From positions 544,001 through 608,000 of the forward strand of contig OZ252100.1 of the NCBI GenBank assembly GCA_965248435.1: a stretch of 64,000 nt of DNA, given 5' to 3'. Position 1 is the stretch's first letter, and each line of letters starts with the position of its first letter. Below are positions 47,303 through 59,166 of this stretch, piece after piece. The notes under the pieces were generated by a model that was not told the origin of the DNA, did not search any database, and saw only the letters and a list, made by a program, of their open reading frames with translations. The position numbers were made by a program, and so were the translations under genes. This DNA comes from Candidatus Latescibacterota bacterium. GTDB lineage: Bacteria; Latescibacterota; UBA2968; GCA-2709665.

Positions 47303-48670
47303 ATGAGCGTTGATCTCAAATTTCTTGAATCGGGTAAGGCCATCAGGGACCCGATATGGGGTTACATCCACGTCCCTTGGGATATGATCTCCCTTGTGGA
47401 CACTCAAGAATTTCAGAGGCTCCGAGATATTTCTCAGCTCGGGCAAGTGCTGCTGGTCTATCCGGGGGCTCGCCACTCGCGTTTTGAACATTCGCTGGGT
47501 GTTTTTCATCTCACCGGACAGTTTTTGAACCAGCTTCTCAAAGCAGACCAGCCTCTGGACATCGAAATGGAAGACGCCAGGGTGCTACTGGCCGCAAGTC
47601 TTCTCCACGACGTCGGCCATTATCCTTTCTCCCACCTGTTCGAAGAGATGCAAATGTTCTTCGTGGACCACGAGGAACGCGGCCGACAGATCCTTCTGGA
47701 CCCGGCTACGGAAATTCACACCGCACTCCTGGAAGCAGACATTGACCCTTTGAGAGTCTCAAACGTGATCGACTACAAGAATGTGAAAGAGGAGATCCCA
47801 CCCCGCGACCTCAGACTGGCCTATATCCTGAGTGGTACGCTCGACCCGGATAAGATCGATTACCTCTTGCGAGATGCCCGTTACTGCGGCGTACCTTTTG
47901 GCGAAAGCGTTAATCGAGACCGCCTGGTGCGCGCCATCACGTTTGATCCGGCGAGTCAGCGGCCAGCCATTACCTACAAAGGCGTCTCTGCTGTGGAGGC
48001 CCTCATCTTCACGAATTACCTAATGTACAGAAACGTCTACTGGCACCACGCCGTCCGATCGGCAAATGCGATGCTCAAGCGGGGCATACAGGATCTGCTG
48101 GCCCATCCTGAATGCAGTTTAGAGGAGGCAGACTTCGACCGATCGACCGAGGCCGACCTCATTCATCGCCTAGAGTTGGAAATGGATCGCCTCGGCGTAG
48201 ATAGACGTGAGAACATGATCGCCCGCCTTAAACGAAGGAAACTGTATAAAGTCGCAAGGACGTTCTTTCAGCACGAACGCAATCGGGACCTGATGAATAC
48301 ATTCGAGCATCTTTATTACCACCCCGAGGCACGCCGAAAACTCGAGGCCGAACTCTGTGACCGGTTTTCCGGGATGATCAACGATCGATTGAGATCGGAC
48401 GAAATCCTGATCGACATTCCACGTCTTGGGAAGAGCCCGGAAGTCGACCTGAAGGTTTTCTTCGGGTCACACATTCCGGCAGACAAGGCCGATCCACTCT
48501 CGTTTGACGACCCCGAGGTTACACTGCTCAAAGATTACCTGATTGGCAATTTCGAGGCGCAGGCCAAAGTCGTGAGAATCTTCTGCACCGACAATCCCGC
48601 TTTGCTGGAGACGGTGAAGACGGAAATCCAGAATCTCCTCACCTCGAGGGCAGAGAAAATCGCTGGTTAG
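47303..48670 (+). CDS. HD-superfamily phosphohydrolase (dNTPase/YwfO-like)
   Basis: IRDPIWG, FQRLRDISQLG, HSRFEHSLG, LLHDVGH, DPDKIDYLLRD, VYWH. Confidence 0.92.
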   Translation: MSVDLKFLESGKAIRDPIWGYIHVPWDMISLVDTQEFQRLRDISQLGQVLLVYPGARHSRFEHSLGVFHLTGQFLNQLLKADQPLDIEMEDARVLLAASLLHDVGHYPFSHLFEEMQMFFVDHEERGRQILLDPATEIHTALLEADIDPLRVSNVIDYKNVKEEIPPRDLRLAYILSGTLDPDKIDYLLRDARYCGVPFGESVNRDRLVRAITFDPASQRPAITYKGVSAVEALIFTNYLMYRNVYWHHAVRSANAMLKRGIQDLLAHPECSLEEADFDRSTEADLIHRLELEMDRLGVDRRENMIARLKRRKLYKVARTFFQHERNRDLMNTFEHLYYHPEARRKLEAELCDRFSGMINDRLRSDEILIDIPRLGKSPEVDLKVFFGSHIPADKADPLSFDDPEVTLLKDYLIGNFEAQAKVVRIFCTDNPALLETVKTEIQNLLTSRAEKIAG

Positions 48671-48675
48671 TCCGC

Positions 48676-48684
48676 TTATCCACA
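48676..48684 (+). promoter_or_regulatory. consensus DnaA box
   Basis: TTATCCACA, 16 bp upstream of a -35 element; single copy. Confidence 0.5.
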
Positions 48685-48700
48685 GTGTTGAGATTCCCGC

Positions 48701-48729
48701 TTGACAATGCGGTTTGGAGAACTTACATT
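48701..48729 (+). promoter_or_regulatory. sigma70 promoter of the M23 gene
   Basis: TTGACA-N17-TACATT. Confidence 0.75.
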
Positions 48730-48800
48730 CCGGTTAGGTATCAACAATTGTAATACATCAAATTAAGTGTATTAGGCGAAGTTAAGGGAGGAGCTCGCCG

Positions 48801-49751
48801 GTGAGCAGATACCTGACGTTCATGGTTATACCCCACAATGAGGATCAGGTCCGGGAAGTGAATCTTTCCAGGCCTAGCCTGTGGGGAATATTTGCACTCG
48901 TCGCGATCGCCGTCTTGGCCCTATCGTTTTACGCGATGGGATATTACACGAAGCGCAGCCGCGAAATCAAGCTGTCTGTGGTCAGGGCTGAGAACGCCGA
49001 TCTAAAGGATCACCTGCTAAGGGTGAAGGGAAAACTCGGCTACGTCCGCGACAGGGTCGATTACCTCTCCAAGACGGATCGCATGATGCGCGCCTGGGCC
49101 AGCTTGCCGGAGCCGGGCGAGGACGTGAGAAAGATGGGTGTGGGCGGTTTATCCCACGATGCCCCACCCTGGTCGGGCTTGGTTTCGTCCGTGACGTCGC
49201 AGAGCCTGACAGAGGTCCATTTCCAGATGGAGCAGTTCCTGAGGGAGGCTCGATTTCTGAGCACAAGTTTCGACAGCATCGGTGCCCTACTCAGTCGAGA
49301 TGATGCGCTAAGGCGCCACACACCCTCAATATCACCCGTCTCTCCAGAGGCCGAGTGCTGGACCTCCTCAGGTTTCGGGTATAGAACGGACCCCTTCACA
49401 GGCCGGCGGCAGTTTCATAACGGTCTGGATATCGCCTGTCGCATGGGGACGCCCATCCTTGCCACGGCCGACGGCGTGATCAGCAAGGTCAGCGCGAGCG
49501 CGCACAAACATCTCGGTTTCTACGTGGCGATAGACCACGGCCAGGATTTCCGTACGGTCTACGGACACTTGCAGAGTGTTCCCTCTCTCAAGTTGGGTCA
49601 AAGGGTCAGACGCGGGGAGGTCGTTGGAAGGATGGGTAAATCGGGCAGGGCCACAGCCCCCCACCTGCATTACACCATCAGCATCAGCGGGCGGGCCGCA
49701 AATCCCAAGCGCTACATCTTCGATCAAAGAAGCTTCAGCTCGATTTTTTAA
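48801..49751 (+). CDS. M23 family metallo-endopeptidase with TM helix and coiled coil
   Basis: SGFGYRTDPF, HNGLD, YGHL, PHLHY. Confidence 0.93.
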   Translation: MSRYLTFMVIPHNEDQVREVNLSRPSLWGIFALVAIAVLALSFYAMGYYTKRSREIKLSVVRAENADLKDHLLRVKGKLGYVRDRVDYLSKTDRMMRAWASLPEPGEDVRKMGVGGLSHDAPPWSGLVSSVTSQSLTEVHFQMEQFLREARFLSTSFDSIGALLSRDDALRRHTPSISPVSPEAECWTSSGFGYRTDPFTGRRQFHNGLDIACRMGTPILATADGVISKVSASAHKHLGFYVAIDHGQDFRTVYGHLQSVPSLKLGQRVRRGEVVGRMGKSGRATAPHLHYTISISGRAANPKRYIFDQRSFSSIF

Positions 49752-49770
49752 ACGCGCGATCCCTTGAAAG

Positions 49771-49808
49771 AATAAAAAGAGGACCCTCTTTGGGGTCCTC
49801 TTTTTATT
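49771..49808. terminator. bidirectional intrinsic terminator
   Basis: AATAAAAAGAGGACCC-TCTTTG-GGGTCCTCTTTTTATT between convergent genes. Confidence 0.9.
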
Positions 49809-49854
49809 GGCAGTGACACAAGGAACGGTGGGCTTGCAGTCGACGAAGAACCTC

Positions 49855-50924
49855 TTATTTATGCGCTCTGGCTAGGAGCACAAAGCCGATGCCCAGGAAG
49901 AGCAGGTTGGGCAGCCACGCTGCAAGGAATGGATCGAGCAAACCATTCCATCCCATGGCCCTGCCCACCTGGATACACCCGTAAAAGACGAAGGAGGCGA
50001 GTAGACAGATTCCAAACTGAAGCGGCCTCCTTGCTGCTCGAAACCAGGAGGCAAGGGGCAGGCCAAAGAGTACGATGACGAAGTCAGCGAAAGAAAAGCT
50101 GATCCGGAGGTGGCGCTCCACCAATTCACGATTTACATCCTGTCCGTTTCGAACCTTTCGATGAACATAATCTCCCAGTTCCGAATAGCTCATCTGCTCG
50201 GTTGTCCGATACTTCCTGGAGAGATCGGCCGGGAGGCTCGTGATTTCCTTTCCGCGCCATTCCTGGAACCTTCTTACAGTCTCGACTTCCCCGACATGAA
50301 ACCGTCTTACCTCTCCGGTGAGAAACAGCCACTCGTCATCGTCCCAAACCATCTCCGCTGCGCTTACTTTTCGGATCAACCTTTGACCCTTATAGTGGTC
50401 GAGTGTGATTTGTGTGCCACGTCGTTCTCTTGGATGATATTCTCTAACGGAAAGGATTTGCCCGTCCACATCCCTGATCGTCACCTGCGACATCACAAAG
50501 GGTCTGACGAGGGAATTCTCGCCCTTGTCTATCTCCATTCTTCTTCGGTTCGCCGTAGGCAAAACCAAGTCGGCAAAAAAAAAGCCCCGATACTCACCAG
50601 GAGCGCAAACACATTAACGGGCAGCAGAATTTGAACCAGACTCACACCTGTCGCCTTCATCGCGGTCAATTCATTGTGGCGCACGAGACCCCCCACACTG
50701 AACAGGCTGGCGAGCAGGAGGGCCATGGGCAGCACCAGGATGGAGATGTAGGGGACATACCAAAGGTAATAGGATACGATCAATTCAATTGTTACATCCC
50801 GATCGATAAACGACCCCAATCGGTCGACAAGATCGATGACGATGAAGATGACCAGGAAGGATAGGAGCCCGAGACCCAAGGGAGCAAGGAACTGCCTCAG
50901 GACATACCTGCTCAAGATGTGCAC
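49855..50924 (-). CDS. lptG: LPS export ABC permease LptG, split by a frameshift in a T9 run
   Basis: ILSRYVLRQF, LPMALLLASL, HNELTAMKATGVS in the N-terminal part; SFSFADFVIVLFGLP, AAWLPN in the C-terminal part. The frame changes at A9, 50575-50583. Confidence 0.85.
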
Positions 50925-52204
50925 ACGCGCCTCCCCAGCCTAAGGAGGCTCTTGTCACCAACGAGCCTCAGAGACATCCAGACCCCGAAGCAACCCACGA
51001 GTATGTTCGCCGCCCACATCGACAACCACGGGGATAGGTACCCTCGGTCGGCCAATCTCTCTCCTCCGATCAGAAACGCCCAATAGATCAGAAAAAAGGC
51101 AATACTGATGCCGGCTCCCACACCGGCACCCCTCACCCTCACTAAAACGCCGAGGGGGGCGCCTACAAGGACGAATACCATGCAGGCCGCCGGTATGGAG
51201 AACTTCTTGTGGACTTCCACCCAGTCACGGTCGGCCGCGCGCCGCTTATGTCTGGCCAGGGCCGCATCTGCCCTGGCCTGCGCAATCAGGCCCCGAAGCC
51301 GCAACCTCACCTTTTCCCCGGGCATCGGTTCAATCAGGTTCCTTTTCATGAAATCGACCAGATTTTGCCTCCGTCCTGCCTTCAGCTGCCGAAACTCGCG
51401 CTCGTAGGTTGCAGCGCGCTTCGAAAGCATCCCGATGCTCATCTCCCGATCGTTCCGGTAGTGCGACACCGTGCGAGAGAGCCGCCTCCCGGCCTTCCCG
51501 AGCCTAAGTACCTGCCTTTCAAACCTGGCCTTTACGTAGATTCCCGGATCGGATTCGTCTACACGGTGGATTTCGCCTTTTCGAAGCAACAAGGAGACCT
51601 CATCTGTCCCCTCATCGTATGAGATACTTCCTCCGTCGGCAAAAATCGTCACAGGGTATCCTGCGGCCTCATAGCGGTAGATAATCACATTTTCAAGCTC
51701 AGAGGTCGCCTGGTCGATTTCACCTATAAGGATCCTGTAATCTTCGAAATCCTTGATGAAAATCCCGGGCTCGAGAACCACAGATGGCTGTTTCCTCCGG
51801 ATGTCCATCGCCAGCACGCGGGCCCTGTGGTTGAACTCTGGCAAGACCCGATCGTTAAACAGGACCAGGGCTAGGCCCAGAAGACAGGCACAAAGCAAGA
51901 CCGGCCAGATCAACTGGTGGATCCCGATTCCGAGCGCCCGCGCCGCGATCATCTCGTTGTCGCCGCTCATCCGACCGAACGCCATTAAGGTGCCACCCAG
52001 CACGGACATCGGGACCGCAAGGGCCACCATCCAGGCTGTGTTTAGGAGAAAGAGCTCCAAAACAACTGCGAGTTCGACACCTTTGCCAAGGATCAGGTCG
52101 AGCATCTGCAGGATCAGGTCTACGATCAGCAGGAACATGATAACGGCAAAACTGTAAAAAAACGGCGCCAAGTGCTCAAGCAGCACGTAACGCTTCAAAA
52201 GCAT
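50912..52204 (-). CDS. lptF: LPS export ABC permease LptF
   Basis: LAVPMSVL, FGRMSGDNE, VEVHKKFSIPAAC, MWAANI. Confidence 0.88.
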   Translation of the reverse strand: MLLKRYVLLEHLAPFFYSFAVIMFLLIVDLILQMLDLILGKGVELAVVLELFLLNTAWMVALAVPMSVLGGTLMAFGRMSGDNEMIAARALGIGIHQLIWPVLLCACLLGLALVLFNDRVLPEFNHRARVLAMDIRRKQPSVVLEPGIFIKDFEDYRILIGEIDQATSELENVIIYRYEAAGYPVTIFADGGSISYDEGTDEVSLLLRKGEIHRVDESDPGIYVKARFERQVLRLGKAGRRLSRTVSHYRNDREMSIGMLSKRAATYEREFRQLKAGRRQNLVDFMKRNLIEPMPGEKVRLRLRGLIAQARADAALARHKRRAADRDWVEVHKKFSIPAACMVFVLVGAPLGVLVRVRGAGVGAGISIAFFLIYWAFLIGGERLADRGYLSPWLSMWAANILVGCFGVWMSLRLVGDKSLLRLGRRVCTS

Positions 52205-52353
52205 ACCGATCTCCATCAGGGAACCTAATTGAAAAAGATAAGTTAATTGAATATAGGCGTTTTAAACACGACAGAAAAGGGCTTTCTCCCTGAATAAGCC
52301 CCTGAAAAACCCGTGAATATCATCGCTTTCACCCCGTCGCGTTTCCCATTTCC

Positions 52354-52388
52354 CCTTGATCTTTCCGGGGGGTTGGGGTATATATATT
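52354..52388 (+). promoter_or_regulatory. candidate sigma70 promoter for the sprA operon
   Basis: TTGATC followed by a G-rich spacer and TATATATT in the divergent lptF/sprA gap. Confidence 0.45.
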
Positions 52389-52595
52389 TGACCACTTTTC
52401 CAGGCAGCATCTCCACGCATTCTTTCCCGAGAAGCTTGATCCACCTCACCGAATCTCGCATTCCGGTGAAGGCTTTCGTCCGGAGAGGCAATTCTTGATC
52501 AGGGCCTGGCCTTCACATTCTTTCGACCCCCGGCCGACTTGAAAAGTAAAAAGGTCAATCAGCTCATTAAGGCATTTGCCAGGAGTGGGCGGATT

Positions 52596-55500
52596 TTGCC
52601 CAGTGTGAGCCGCTTTCCTCGGGCTTCAGGCTGGGTCCCGTCTGTCCTTCTGGTAACGGGAATCTTGACCTTCGGACGGCCCGCCGACGTTCGGGGCGGT
52701 AGCCCAGAGATTCGTGTCCCTTCAGAACATCCAACGCTCCAAAATTTCCTGATTTCAATCAAGAAGAAATCGACTCGGCGCGCCCGGTCGAACCGATTGA
52801 TCGACACTGGCGTGCGCCTGCTCAACGGGGACCTCCAAACCGTGCTCTTTTACGAAGAGGTGGGTGGCGAAGTTACCGGCCTCCCCGTTCTCCTCTCTCT
52901 GCAAGAATTCGTGTCCTACAAGCACGCAAGAGACCGCCGGCGACTGCTTGATGAAGGTCTGGGCAAGGAGGTAAGGAGGGTGCCTGGCGAAGCAGGGGGG
53001 CTCCTCGACATCAAAATCCCGGTAAAAGTGCCAAAAGGTCTGAGCATGATCACCGGAGAAGGTGATACAGATATACGAATAACAGGCTCCCGTCGGATCG
53101 ACCTCTCCGGCCTCAGCAACTACACCGTGGGTCAGGCACAGACCGCACGCGGGCGAAATTCCAAGTTCCCGAGCATCAACTTTCAACAGGAGTCTCAGCT
53201 GAGTGTCCAGGGTACGATCGGAGAGCGGATCACCATCGGGCTAGAGCAGAATAGCCGCAGCCAACAAGACATTACGGAATCTCTGAGAATCAGATACGAC
53301 GGTGATGAAGACGGGATCATCCAGGAAATCGAAGCTGGGAGCACATCATTGTCCCTGCCTGGCACGCGGCTCGTCGGGTTCTCTCAGGGTCGCGGCGGCC
53401 TGTTCGGGATCAAGGCCAGGGGCCGCCTGGGGGGGTTGAACCTGACCGTTGTCACCACACAGGACAAGGGGTCGAGCAATCGGAAGACCTTTCAAGGGCA
53501 GTCAGAAGAGTTCGCAACGGAGGTTCGCGATTACCAATTCCTGGAAGATACCTATTTCTTTCTGGACAGCGTACATCGAAATCCGTTTCCGAACAATCCC
53601 CCCGAACGCGATCTCGTGGACATCAGTTCGATACGCGTCTTTATCAACGACTTCAACGATCTCAACGACATTGAACAGCGAGCCAACCCGGGCATTGCCT
53701 ATGCCCTGTGGACCGATGACGGCAGCCCGATCACCGACCTCGACTTTTCGACAAGCGGGCGAGTCGAAGAGGGATCGTTTCACGAGCTGGATCGTGATCG
53801 GTTTTTCGCAGATGCGCGGGGCTATCTCATCATGCGATCGGGGCGGGTGAACCGCGGATTCGCACTCGGCGTTGCCTATCGCACCCTGGATGGACGTGAC
53901 TTTGGCGACCTCGGTTTCATCCCCGATCCCGGGAACCCCAACGCAAGGGTCGAACTCAAGCTCATCAAGGCGAGGCAACAAAGGCCTGATTATCCCACGT
54001 GGGACCTCTCGTGGCGAAACGTCTACGGGCTCGCCGGAAGACAGATCGAGCCCGAAGGATTTGAGCTCCGCATCTTTCGGGAGGTTTCCGGTCAGCAACC
54101 CCTGGACAACCAGGGCGGCGTGCCCTACCTGCAGATCTTCGGACTGGACACGCACACCAATGGGTCATCGGCCTCCTCCCCCCCCGATAACCTGATCGAT
54201 ATCGATGGGGGCAATAACCTCCCTGGGCTCAACCTGGCGCTCGGCCACCTCGTGTTTGCCGATCTGGAACCGTTCGGAGACAGGGGTGTGGGGGCCGACG
54301 ATCTGGACAATGACACCCGGGTGCCTGATATCTACACGACCACGAACAGCACGACGCGGAGCGAGAAGAGCAAATTCATCCTGCGCATTCGGTCCAGGAG
54401 TCAGGCGACGCAGTACAACCTGGGTTTCGGAATCATAGAGGGCAGCGAAGAGGTGATTCTGAACAATCAACGACTGGTCCGGGGCAAGGATTACAGGATC
54501 GAGTATTCTTTTGGAAGGATCCAATTCCAGGGAAATGCCGCAGACCTCGTGTCAGACCCCTCAGCAAATCTGAGGATCAACTACGCATCCAGAAACCTCC
54601 TGGGTATTGGCGGATCGAAGAGCCTCCTCGGCATCCGGGCCGAGCATCCGCTTGGAGGCAACCAGTCGCTGCTGGGCATGACGCTGCTCTACAGCAACCA
54701 GGGAAGCGCGCAACAGCGCGTGCGTGTGGGTGAAGAGCCGGCGCGGACGTTGATTTGGGACACGAATGCAAGACTGCGCTTCCGGCCCCGGATGATGACC
54801 GATCTCGTGAATAGACTCCCCTTCATCACGACGGATGCGCCCTCCAGCCTCGACATCGACGTCGAAGTTGCACAGAGCCTGCCCAACCCGAACACGAAGG
54901 GCGTGGCCTACATCGACGACTTCGAAGGGGCGCAGAACAGGCTGGGCTTCGGCATCTCCAAGCTCGGGTGGTCTCGCGCCAGCACTCCAACCCGAAACTC
55001 AAGCAAGTTGACGACACCACAGGCCAGGTTGACTTGGTACAACCCCGTCCGGAACGACCGGATCTCGATATTCCAGATCCAGCCGAATCGAGAAGACATC
55101 CCCATCGATCAGGCCATCGTGGACATCCTGGTGCTTCGGTTCGAACCCCAGCTAACGAACGGCTTTCCGGTGACGACCCGAAATCAGGACGAGGGAACCC
55201 CGGTGGAGTCCTGGGGCGGAATCGAGCGACATCTCGGCGGCTTCGACCTCTCCCGCTCCAAATTCATCGAGCTCTGGGTCAGGGGGAATGCCGGACGGAT
55301 GCACATCGATCTGGGAGAAATTTCGGAGCGGGTCAGCCTCCCGCTCGACCACATCCCACTGAACGCACCCCCATCAGGCTTTCGCACGGAAGATACAGAG
55401 CTGCCCGGTCTGGGAATCGGCGACCAACTGGCCACGCCCGAAGAGGATATCGGACTCGACGGCCTCACGGATGCCCAGGAAGACTCGGTCTTCAAACGGA

Positions 55501-58500
55501 TCTATGGAGAAAATATTCCTGTGCCTTCCGATCCATCGGGGGACAACTTTTCTGATGTTGACTTCAGCCAAACCGACAACATTACGCTCAGGTATCCCCC
55601 CAGCGTCAACGGAACCGAGGGAAACAACCGGGAACGGGACGCCCTCCCAGACACGGAAGACCTGAATCGAAACGGGATTCTGGACGTCACCAACAGATAT
55701 CTGCGCTACAGCGTCGACCTGGCGACCGACCGGGGTTTAAACCCCTCCACGGGCCTGTTTGACGGCCCGATCCTCCGAGTTGAGGGCACCCGATCCGATT
55801 CAACGAATCTCTCCTGGAGGCTCCTGCGAATCCCACTCAGGGGCAAAGGCGCGCCCCGGACATTAGAGGGGGCAGCAGACACGTCGTTTGCGGATGCCAT
55901 CGACTTTGCCCGTCTCTGGCTGGAACACGACGAGAGCACATTCATGCAGGTCTTCGCATTTGACGTCGTGGGCAGCAACTGGCTGGAGAACCCGACGCCG
56001 TCCCGGTCCGGAGACTTTGGCGTAACCAGCATCGGAACCGACAACGCCGTATACGAGTCCCCGCCGGACATCAAGCTGGAGAAAGACGCACAGACCGGCC
56101 TGCAGCTGCTCGAACGGTCCCTCGCCCTTGAATTTGAAGACCTCTTTCCGGGTGATCGGGTCTCCGCCTCACGGGCGCTGTTCCAGGGCCAGAACTACAC
56201 CCAATATGGCTCGATGGCCATGGATGTGCACGGGGGCAACCCCAGCAGTCCGACCTACGAGACGAACTTCCCGGCCGTCGAAGACAGCGCGTCTGTAGGT
56301 GCCAGTCCTGTAGAACTGTTCATCCGGTTCGCACCCATCACCGACGACACACTGAACATCTACGAGTACCGGCTACCCATCTACAGGGGCTGGGCGCCGG
56401 AGGTGAACCGAGTGGAGATCGACCTGGAGCTGATGTCGCAGCTGAAAGGTCAGCTCTCAGACCTGAAGGCATCGGGTGCCGCTGCCGACACGGTCACTCT
56501 ATCCCTCTCATCAGGAGAGTTCGCTGCTCGATTCGATGCAGCAGGGAACAGCATCGAGACCCTGGATCGGAACGGTAAAACCTATTTCGTGCGGGGGAAC
56601 CCGGCCCTTTCGAGCATCAAATCTTTCACGATCGGGGTTCAGAATAGAGGAGAGTTCATCCTGACAGGAGAAAATGAAATCTGGTTGGACGAACTCAGAG
56701 TAGACGATATCCGCAAGAAACGGGCGATTTCTGGAATCCTCAATGTCCAGGCAAAGCTGGCCGACCTGGGTAGATTGTCCCTCGAGCTCGAGCGGCGCAG
56801 CGGTGACTTCCAGGACCTACAGGGTCGCGCTTCCGGCAACACGACCGAGAGGCTCCGTTTGGGCGGTCAGCTGAATCTCAATAAATTCCTGCCGACTTCC
56901 TGGAACACCTCGATCCCGGTGAGGTTCAACTACAATCGATCTACATCGATACCACGAATCAGACCCGGGTCCGATATCGTCCTCACCTCAGAGCAGCGGA
57001 AGGACGAAAGCAACGTTCAGTCTCAGTCCCTGTTCAACATATCCCTAAGAAAGCGCGCCGCACCGAGGGATTCAGGCCTTTTCGCACGGCTTTTCTTCGA
57101 CAGGATAAGTGCATCCATGAACCTCGGAAAGAACAATTCCGAGAGCGGCGCGATCACGCGCAGAAGAATCAGCGAGACCGAGAACCTGACCGGAACGTTC
57201 TCTTATGATCTGGGCAAACCCCTACAGAGATCCGTGCGCCTCTTCAAATGGTTTCCCCTCTTCAAAAGAGTCAAGCGGACGGAGCTCTTCTACATCCCGT
57301 CAAACATCCGATACACGACACGGTTCACACGAAACCTGAATGATCAGCGTTCCTTTTCGGCTGCCGCGGGGGATACGTCCGATCTTACCGAAACTGGTCG
57401 TGAGGCGTTCAGCATGAACGAGAACTATACCGTTCAGTTCAAGCCATTGAGGACGTTGAGCGCGGACTATAAACTCGACCTGAGTCGGGACCTTCGAAAC
57501 GGGTTCGCCTTTTCCAGCCTCCAGTTCGGACGGGAAACGAATCGCAGCCAGAACCTCACGCTCAAATACACTTCGCGGGTCTTCACCTGGATCAACCTTA
57601 CCACGCAGTTCAGTGCTAATTATCGTGAGAGTTTCGAGACGGGCGGTCAGGCTTCCACCTACGGAAACGAGCGCAGGGGCTTGAAGGTCAACAGCAGCAA
57701 GAGCACGAACGCGCAGGCGAGTTTTAACCTCCCCGTCCTGATTCAGAAGCTCAAAGGCAAAAAGAAGGCCGAGGGTTTCTCCATCCGCCAACTCGTCGGC
57801 AGAATGGGGTCTTCACTCCAGCCGTTGTCGATCAGGGGCTCTCAAACGAATTCTTTTAACCTCTTCGGTCTCAAGAAAAGGCCCCCGCTGATGTTTCAGT
57901 TCGGATTCACGGACACCGCGATCGTCGATCGATTCGGCTCGGGCGGCGTGACCCGTGTAGACACACGGGTCCTTTCGGACAAGGCGAGTTTCACGAGCGG
58001 GGTCAGGCTTCCGCGGGGTCTTAACGTCCAGACAACCGGCAACTACAGTCGCAGTAGAAACTTCGGCAACGCGAATACCGTACAGGAGACGATCACCCTG
58101 CCCCAGGTCTCCGTGACCTGGAGAGGGATAGAGAAGCTCCCCCTACTGCGCGCCGTATTGGCCAGTTCAAGCGTCAATTTCAACTTAAGGAAGGTTCACA
58201 CCCAGAGCGGAGAGGGAGGGCTGGACACACTCTCCATTACAAACGACAGCCGAAACACCGCCTACAATCCCCTCTACGCATGGCAGGCCAGATGGAAGAA
58301 TCAGATGTCCATGAATATCAGGGGAAATCGAAGTGAGCAGACGGCGCTCCGATACCAGCGCAACGTGGGAGGCGGCACCGAGACTCCACCCGGACTCCAG
58401 GATCGGCTGATCGGGACGACCGTTACAACCGGGTCCGGTATGCAGGGCAATCTGAGCTACAGCTTTAAGCCCCAATTCTTGAAGACCCTCAGGAGCAACA

Positions 58501-58759
58501 TCAACCTCGACCTGAACTACACCCAATCCTCGAGTCAACAGAAGGAGATCCCTAGGACGACAGCCCTTGACGAGCCGGCGGAACCGGTGATCCGGCGCGA
58601 TGACAGCACCTGGTCAGCGAGTCTCCAGGCACAATACCAATTCAGCAGCAGCTTCACGGGGGGAGCCGGTTCCGTCACGAAAGCCGTAGAGACCAGCTTC
58701 GCGATTTGACGAACAAGGTCTGGGAGTTTCGCCTTTGGGGCGAGATCCGTTTTAATTGA
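52596..58759 (+). CDS. sprA: SprA/Sov (T9SS translocon)-like giant outer-membrane barrel; frameshift near the C-terminus
   Basis: YDGDEDGIIQEIEAG, GLFGIKA, GSEEVILN, RVRVGEEP, YIDDFEG, ARLTWYN, IDLGEISE, PDTEDLNRNG, EIWLDELRV. The terminal strand RFRHES...WEFRLWGEIRFN* lies in the -1 frame from about 58667. Start uncertain (52539, 52596 or 52605). Confidence 0.9.
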
Positions 58760-58779
58760 TCAACCCCCAGGGAATCTTT

Positions 58780-59166
58780 ATGTTCTCATTCAATCGAAAC
58801 GAACAGATCGTGATTCTCCTCCTAACTGGAACGCTCCTTGTGGGTGGCGTCGTGCGGCTTCTGGATCACTACCTGGACGGCGGATTGCCCGACTTTGAGG
58901 TCCGGAAAGCGGCGGTCCCTGTCCCGACAGAACTGTCCGAAGCCGGTTCCGAACCCACCACACCCGAGCCTATCGACCTGAACACGGCAACGGCGGAGGA
59001 ACTGGATCTCCTCCCAAGGATCGGGCCGCGAACGGCGGCCAGAATCATCGACCACCGCGAAAGTTTTGGGCCCTTTCAGCGCGTGGAAGACCTGGAAGGG
59101 GTGAGAGGCATCGGAAAGAAGACCATAGAAGAACTCAGACATCTCGTCGTGGTTTCGGAACCGTGA
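58780..59166 (+). CDS. comEA: ComEA-like helix-hairpin-helix DNA-binding protein
   Basis: TM helix, then IDLNTATAEELDLLPRIGP...GPFQRVEDLEGVRGIG. Confidence 0.9.
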   Translation: MFSFNRNEQIVILLLTGTLLVGGVVRLLDHYLDGGLPDFEVRKAAVPVPTELSEAGSEPTTPEPIDLNTATAEELDLLPRIGPRTAARIIDHRESFGPFQRVEDLEGVRGIGKKTIEELRHLVVVSEP

